Source of the DNA: Candidatus Saccharimonadota bacterium
Lineage (GTDB): Bacteria; Patescibacteriota; Saccharimonadia; Saccharimonadales; Saccharimonadaceae
Length of the DNA stretch: 32,000 nucleotides
Direction of reading: 5' to 3'
Assembly: GCA_016700015.1 (NCBI GenBank)
Contig: CP064995.1
Span: 120,001-152,000, forward strand
The translations under genes were made by a program, and so were the position numbers. The notes under the pieces are model-generated. The model did not search any database, was not told the DNA's origin, and saw only the letters and a program-made list of their open reading frames with translations. Below are positions 30,608-32,000 of the stretch, piece after piece. Each line of letters starts with the position of its first letter. The stretch's first letter is position 1.

Positions 30608-32000
30608 ATGCAAAAAGACGTTATATACATTGATGTAGATGACGACATCACGGCAATTATTGGCAAAGTAAAAGCTGCCAAAGCACATATTGTCGCACTG
30701 GTTCCTCCAAAACGGATTGGGGCAATTCAGAGTGCTGTTAATCTGAAACTTGTTCATCGGGCAGCCGAGCAGGCCGACAAACGCCTTGTAATTATTAGTA
30801 ATAATGTATCGCTAATGGCGCTGGCGGGATCTGCTGGTATACCAGTTGCCAGGAATCTTCAGAGCAAGCCTGAGCTTGCTGAAGTTCCGGTGCTCGAGGT
30901 AGACGACGATGATGTGATCGACGGTGCTGACTTGCCGGTCGGTGATCACCAAGCGGTGGCCGAAAAAGTGGCCAATGACAGCGTCGTACCAGAAGTTGGT
31001 GCCGCAGCCGTGGCAGCAAGCGCTGATTCAGTTGCAGTGTCGCACCGCGATAAACCCGTAACGCGCGGCAGTAAAGTAGCGGTGCCAAATTTCGATGTAT
31101 TTCGTAAAAAACTACTACTCGGCATTGTTGGGGGGGTAACACTGATATCGCTTCTTGTGTGGGCATTCGTTTTTGCTCCGTCAGCACGGATTATCATAAC
31201 GGCACGCACGACTGACGCCGCGCTCAATAGCCGCGTTTCCTTGTCGCCCACAGCAACAACCGATCTCAAAGCAGGTACCATCGCCTCAGTACTTAAATCA
31301 ACAAAAAAAGATGTCTCTATTCCCTTTACAGCAACAGGCAAAAAAGATGTTGGCGACAAGGCTACCGGCGCCGTGAAACTTTATAATGACTCGTTTGACC
31401 CGGTAACAGTTTCGGGTAGTGTCACGGCTGGTGGGTTTACCTTTTATCTATCGTCAGCCGTTACAGTACCCAAAGGTTCATGTACGAGGCCTAGCAGCTG
31501 CTCATCCGGAACGGCAACTGGCACAATTGTGGCTGCTGCCCCAGGCAGTAACTACAACGGCATTAGCGGCGAACTAGGTGATTTGCCGGGAACTATTACC
31601 GGTGCGATCACGGGCGCTACCGCTAACGGTACTGATAAAACTGTCACGGTGGTATCACAAGAAGATGTCGATAAAGTCAGCGGTGATGCGAGTAAACAAG
31701 ACGTCGCAGAAGCCGCCAAAAAAGAACTGCTTGCGAGCCTTAGGGGCGATTACATAATTCTTGACAGTACCTTTAAAGCAGACACATCGGCTGTAAAGTC
31801 AGCGCCAGCCGTGGGTTCAGAAGCCACCGACAGCAAAGCGACCCTTGCTGGCAGCGTAACATACACCATCGTAGCCACCGTAAAGTCAGAAGTTTCCAAA
31901 TATCTCGATGCATATTTTGCTCAGCAGATTGATGGTAAAACAGACCAGAAAGTCTATAGTAATGGACTAACCGATGTGTCATTTACAAATATTTCTCAGG
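30608..32000 (+). CDS. Partial (3'-open) bitopic membrane protein: conserved N-terminal cytoplasmic domain, acidic linker, one TM, beta-rich ectodomain; function unknown
   Basis: This ORF is not in the supplied track because it has no stop within the window. I translated 464 codons by hand from ATG 30608 to 31999 and found no stop. The sequence begins MQKDVIYIDVDDDITAIIGKVKAAKAHIVALVPPKRIGAIQSAVNLKLVHRAAEQADKRLVIISNN. The TM helix LLLGIVGGVTLISLLVWAFVFA lies at 31112-31177 and is preceded by FRKK. The ectodomain contains ATGAVKLYNDSFDPVTVSG and ATLAGSVTYTIVATV. Two long minus-strand ORFs in this region are antisense artefacts. Confidence 0.72.
   Translation, partial: MQKDVIYIDVDDDITAIIGKVKAAKAHIVALVPPKRIGAIQSAVNLKLVHRAAEQADKRLVIISNNVSLMALAGSAGIPVARNLQSKPELAEVPVLEVDDDDVIDGADLPVGDHQAVAEKVANDSVVPEVGAAAVAASADSVAVSHRDKPVTRGSKVAVPNFDVFRKKLLLGIVGGVTLISLLVWAFVFAPSARIIITARTTDAALNSRVSLSPTATTDLKAGTIASVLKSTKKDVSIPFTATGKKDVGDKATGAVKLYNDSFDPVTVSGSVTAGGFTFYLSSAVTVPKGSCTRPSSCSSGTATGTIVAAAPGSNYNGISGELGDLPGTITGAITGATANGTDKTVTVVSQEDVDKVSGDASKQDVAEAAKKELLASLRGDYIILDSTFKADTSAVKSAPAVGSEATDSKATLAGSVTYTIVATVKSEVSKYLDAYFAQQIDGKTDQKVYSNGLTDVSFTNISQ

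Noticed and set aside
30795-31359. Two minus-strand ORFs (130 and 137 aa) in the region where the ORF track lists no plus-strand gene.
   Set aside because: The plus strand carries a 464-codon stop-free frame with a clear cytoplasmic domain, TM helix and ectodomain architecture. The minus-strand ORFs are Arg/Leu/Pro-rich shadows of it.
1-32000. An alternative genetic code (UGA recoding, as in some CPR lineages), mobile elements, CRISPR arrays, and tRNA or rRNA genes.
   Set aside because: TGA terminates several genes at the expected lengths (ABC ATPase, tpiA, pgeF, tatD, cysteine desulfurase), and TAA and TAG are also used. I saw no transposase, integrase or recombinase ORF, no spaced direct-repeat array, and no intergenic region long or structured enough for a tRNA or rRNA, apart from 23828-24147. 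That gap lacks tRNA, RNase P or SRP hallmark motifs that I can recognise by eye.

Overview
This is a compact window, about 97% coding by my coordinates, with 27 CDS (24 on +, 3 on -). Housekeeping genes dominate: pyk-pgk-tpiA, pcrA/uvrD, rsmA, pgeF/yfiH, metG, tatD, a cysteine desulfurase, mnmA and alaS. Between them sit Gram-positive-type envelope genes: two large secreted proteins with C-terminal sortase-type anchors, an RpfB-like muralytic protein, a lone type IV pilin, a MacB-type ABC pair, a VIT-family metal transporter, a GH5 glycosidase and an FtsA-family ATPase. All three stop codons are used, so this is the standard code. The gene content, a short AlaRS, frequent 1-4 nt gene overlaps and the pilin type best fit a reduced Patescibacteria/CPR genome, Saccharibacteria-like. 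That placement is inference and cannot be verified here. I saw no rRNA, tRNA, CRISPR array, transposase, integrase or recognisable defence gene. I did not find convincing evidence for a discrete, novel multi-gene system. Seven items merit a second look. (1) An FtsA-like gene is followed 1 nt later by a large bitopic ORF that runs off the right edge and is absent from the supplied ORF track. (2) Two modular surface proteins are candidate adhesins: one carries Cys-bracketed DPCG repeats plus LPHTG, the other an Asp-box propeller plus BspA-type LRRs plus a non-canonical YQPTG anchor. (3) A -10 box lies 6-8 nt upstream of the start codon of most operon-first genes, suggesting leaderless mRNAs. (4) A perfect 8-3-8 palindrome overlaps the promoter of the VIT transporter. 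(5) A DUF218 gene is translationally wedged between the cysteine desulfurase and MnmA. (6) A 368-aa acidic, disordered, tail-anchored protein is coupled to tpiA. (7) A 320-bp non-coding gap lies upstream of the LRR protein.
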